Assembly (NCBI GenBank): GCA_036630325.1
Contig: CP142726.1
Coordinates: forward strand, 1,302,001 to 1,366,000
Origin: Vairimorpha necatrix
Lineage: Eukaryota
Length of the DNA: 64,000 nucleotides
Reading direction: 5' to 3'
The position numbers were made by a program, and so were the translations under genes. This document shows, in pieces, positions 61,048 through 64,000 of the stretch (position 1 is its first letter; every line of letters starts with the position of its first letter). The notes under the pieces are model-generated. The model saw only the letters and a list, made by a program, of their open reading frames with translations, made no database searches and was not told where the DNA came from.

Positions 61048-62865
61048 ATAAAACATATAAATTGAAAAAAAAATCGAAGCAGATTTACTAATATTTATTA
61101 CACTTTTCACATAAAAATAAATATTTGTAACACTTTTAATATAAAAATAAGTATTTGTAACTTCAAGAAAAAATATTTGAAATATGATGCAAAATAAACA
61201 ATAAAAAAACTATGTTCAAAAAACAATAGACAGGTACAGTGCTTATCCGTGCTAATTCTGTTGTAATTTCATTTTTAGGTCGTTCAAAGTGAAAATATTG
61301 CTCAAGCTACAAGTAAATATAACTTGTGTTTTTTAATTTCTACTCGCTATATTATAAAATAGCTTTGGAGAAATGATTTATAGATGTTTATCTTTCTAAG
61401 GTATCATTCTTAAAATTTTTTTATAAAAGAACATAGAACTTATCAGTATAGACCTGTTAAATTAGAAGTTTTTTTGCTTATTTAGAATGTATAAGATCAC
61501 AAATTTAATCTAAACTATTTTTCTTTTACATGTTTAAAAAATTTAAATTAGAATACTGTTAAGGAAATATCGGTCTATCTACGTTTAAGCTGTGAATGGA
61601 CCATTAAAGCTTGTTTACTCGACCCTATGAAAGTTATAATTGGCTGTGTGTTTTACAAATAAATCTATACTGATGCTTAAAATGTGTGCATTTATTTTTA
61701 TAATTATCTTTACGTTTTTTTTAACTTATGGCATACGCGAGCAAAAAAAAAAAATTTTTTAATGGATTTTAATTTCTATACCTTTTTTGTCACTAAGACA
61801 AATCTTTTCTAACACGTAAAAAAGCAATATTTTATAGTATGATCAACTACGTTAATTTTTTAAATATTCTAATCTTTAAACTTCGCAATTATACGATTAC
61901 ACCAATGAATTTTTAAACAAATTTATATATCTAGTTTATCTCCATTTCAGTTTTAGTATTTCATGCTTATCTGGTCGCAAGTTTATATATTTTGTATTTA
62001 AAAATGCAATATTAGATCATATCAAAAGTCTTGGAAGTATTGCTAATATAGTACGCATCATTCTGATAGATCCGTGTTTTTTTCTATTATGATAATTAAC
62101 TACGCAAAGGTTTCCCCCAGCGGGGTGGTGGTCATATCTCGCAAAAAAGCACTAGCTAAAATATCGATTAATCTCGGTTATACATATAATTTATTATTCC
62201 AGAATGCTTTTTATCAAGCCAAAATTAATCCTACCACGTCTAAATTGAGACTCCAAAAAAAATTCAGAAGAAATAAACAAGATTATGAAACACGACTCAT
62301 TTTTAGTTTAGTATACTGTAATCAACAATATAGATTGCGCACTACTACACGTCTAAATCCTCTACAAAAAATTTCTGCTTAAATCTTTAATCGTAAAACT
62401 TTATACGCAACAATTACCATTATTGCCAATCCATGAAATTCAATACAATTTCGTTTTTTATGTTCTATATATGCTCGATAACCCCGCTTTACGGTCCACA
62501 TTAAACTATAATAAGCCTGCAATACCTTTTGAAAAATATAGATTAATATAAAATTTTAAGGTGTGTACTACAATAAGAAATGTATTCATGTGGATCACGT
62601 ATATTAATCCAAATTGTTTATAATAATTATTTTACCTTTTTTTTAAATAGTTTATGTAATTGATATAAATTTTTATCACTAGGGTTAGTTTATTTGGCTC
62701 ACAGTAAAATTTATATAAAAAATTATGTGCAAAATATTATGTATATTTTCATGTTTTTTATAACAGACATAACTATTGTAGTCTAAGAATGAATTTAGAG
62801 AGTAATCAGAGTAAAATTTTTAAGTTGCTTTATATCCATAATGGAGCGAAGGATAGTTATAATGT

Positions 62866-63280
62866 GGTTTATATCGTTATAGTGCCATGTTTGAATCGTT
62901 ATAGTACAATGTTTGAATTTCTATATTCCCATATAATTTAAATTTTTTAAATAGATAAAAAGTAAATTGAATTAAAGTCTTCTCTCGCTCTTGTCTTTTC
63001 TAATCAGCCTATCATATTACTGTAAACCCCGGGACACTTGCTGTTATAATTTAATTCAAAACATTATCAAGACTTGCTTCAATTGGACTTTCTGCAAAAT
63101 GAAATGATGAAAATCTTGCCTTGAGAATCGAAAAGACTTCTATGATGGGATTTAATTGTGGAAAATAAGAAGACAGAAATATTTTAGGCTGTTTAGAAAA
63201 GGCAAGAGCGGGAGAAGATTTATTTCAATATACTTTTTTTTTATTTTAAAAATTCAAACATGGCACTATACGTTTAACCC
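62866..63280. mobile_element. Small TIR element (MITE) with a duplicated left subterminal unit
   Basis: TATAGTGCCATGTTTGAAT (62878-62896, repeated imperfectly at 62900-62918) is the reverse complement of ATTCAAACATGGCACTATA (63252-63270). TSD unclear. Confidence 0.65.
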
Positions 63281-63672
63281 CCGTATATGTTGACAGTTTT
63301 TTATTGCAAAAAAGTATGGGAACGGATATATTGTTATAATATATTTTTCCTTGTGTTAAGATAATTGTAAGTTAAGGGTAAATTTATTAAATACTGTTGT
63401 ACGTAAAACTGTCATTAGAAAACATGGGGTTATTTATTTACGGAATTTATAGTCCAAATGTCACATGTCAAATATCTTGTGTCGAATGTCATTTGATAAA
63501 TAATTGGATGACATTTGACATGTTATACTTTCAACAAATGCATATTCTAAACAATTCTAAAAAAAATCGATAAAATTATAATTGTTATTTGTAATATTTA
63601 AACAAATAAGATGATATTCTTTTTATTATCTCGTACTTAGAAAGGGATAAAAATGTTTATTTTTTATTGCCC

Positions 63673-64000
63673 ATGTCGACTAATAATCCCAATTCTCTAC
63701 CTAAAATTGAGACTTCTAAAAACACACTTTCTTCAACTAAAAAAATCATTTCTTTATCAAAAATTGAATTTTATAATAATGACACATACTCATTAACAAT
63801 ATCTAAACTAGTCAAACTCCATAAACTTATAAGATCTTCATCAGATAAAGATCTCACCGAAGGTATCTTCAACAAAATTCTCGATATTTTTATTACCAAA
63901 AACAAGTATATAAAAAACTTTTGTATAAAGATTTTTAAAGATATTTATTATAAAATCCAAAATATCGATAACTTAAAAATAATCAGAATGTTTTATCAAA
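63673..64000 (+). CDS. Hypothetical protein, 5' part only (runs off the window)
   Basis: ATG directly follows CCC. The frame MSTNNPNSLPKIETSKN... is open to the end of the window. It is not in the supplied ORF track. Confidence 0.7.
   Translation, partial: MSTNNPNSLPKIETSKNTLSSTKKIISLSKIEFYNNDTYSLTISKLVKLHKLIRSSSDKDLTEGIFNKILDIFITKNKYIKNFCIKIFKDIYYKIQNIDNLKIIRMFYQ

Noticed and set aside
62074..62382. 102-aa ORF
   Set aside because: GTG start, no CCC motif and no recognisable domain. Likely spurious or TE debris.

Overview
AT-rich, apparently intron-free eukaryotic DNA. The inference is a microsporidian of the Nosema/Vairimorpha type, based on short divergent housekeeping proteins, CCC/GGG motifs just before ATGs, ricin-B-lectin-like genes and the TE repertoire. 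Two compact core-gene blocks are present. The first (27.6-32.6 kb) holds RPL12, Sin3 and a DYRK/Yak1 kinase. The second (45.5-53.0 kb) holds NMT, a possible TRAPP subunit, RPT1, tRNA-Thr, a PTH2-family gene and TFIIF-beta. Between them lie gene-sparse, TE-littered zones carrying lineage-specific signal-peptide genes: a 7-copy tandem family of ~230-aa proteins (4.9-25.7 kb), two ricin-B-lectin-like genes, and a 3-copy family of ~560-590-aa proteins, two of them disrupted. TEs include a decayed Ty3/Gypsy element with a nested Merlin-like insertion, further Merlin-like and MITE elements with 8-bp TSDs, non-LTR remnants, and a full-length Buster/SPIN-type hAT element with intact TIRs and TSD. Two candidate cis-regulatory codes stand out: TGAAACA palindromes before the lectin genes and TGTCAAATATYT/TGACA clusters before the secreted-family genes. 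All calls come from reading the sequence; no searches were run.
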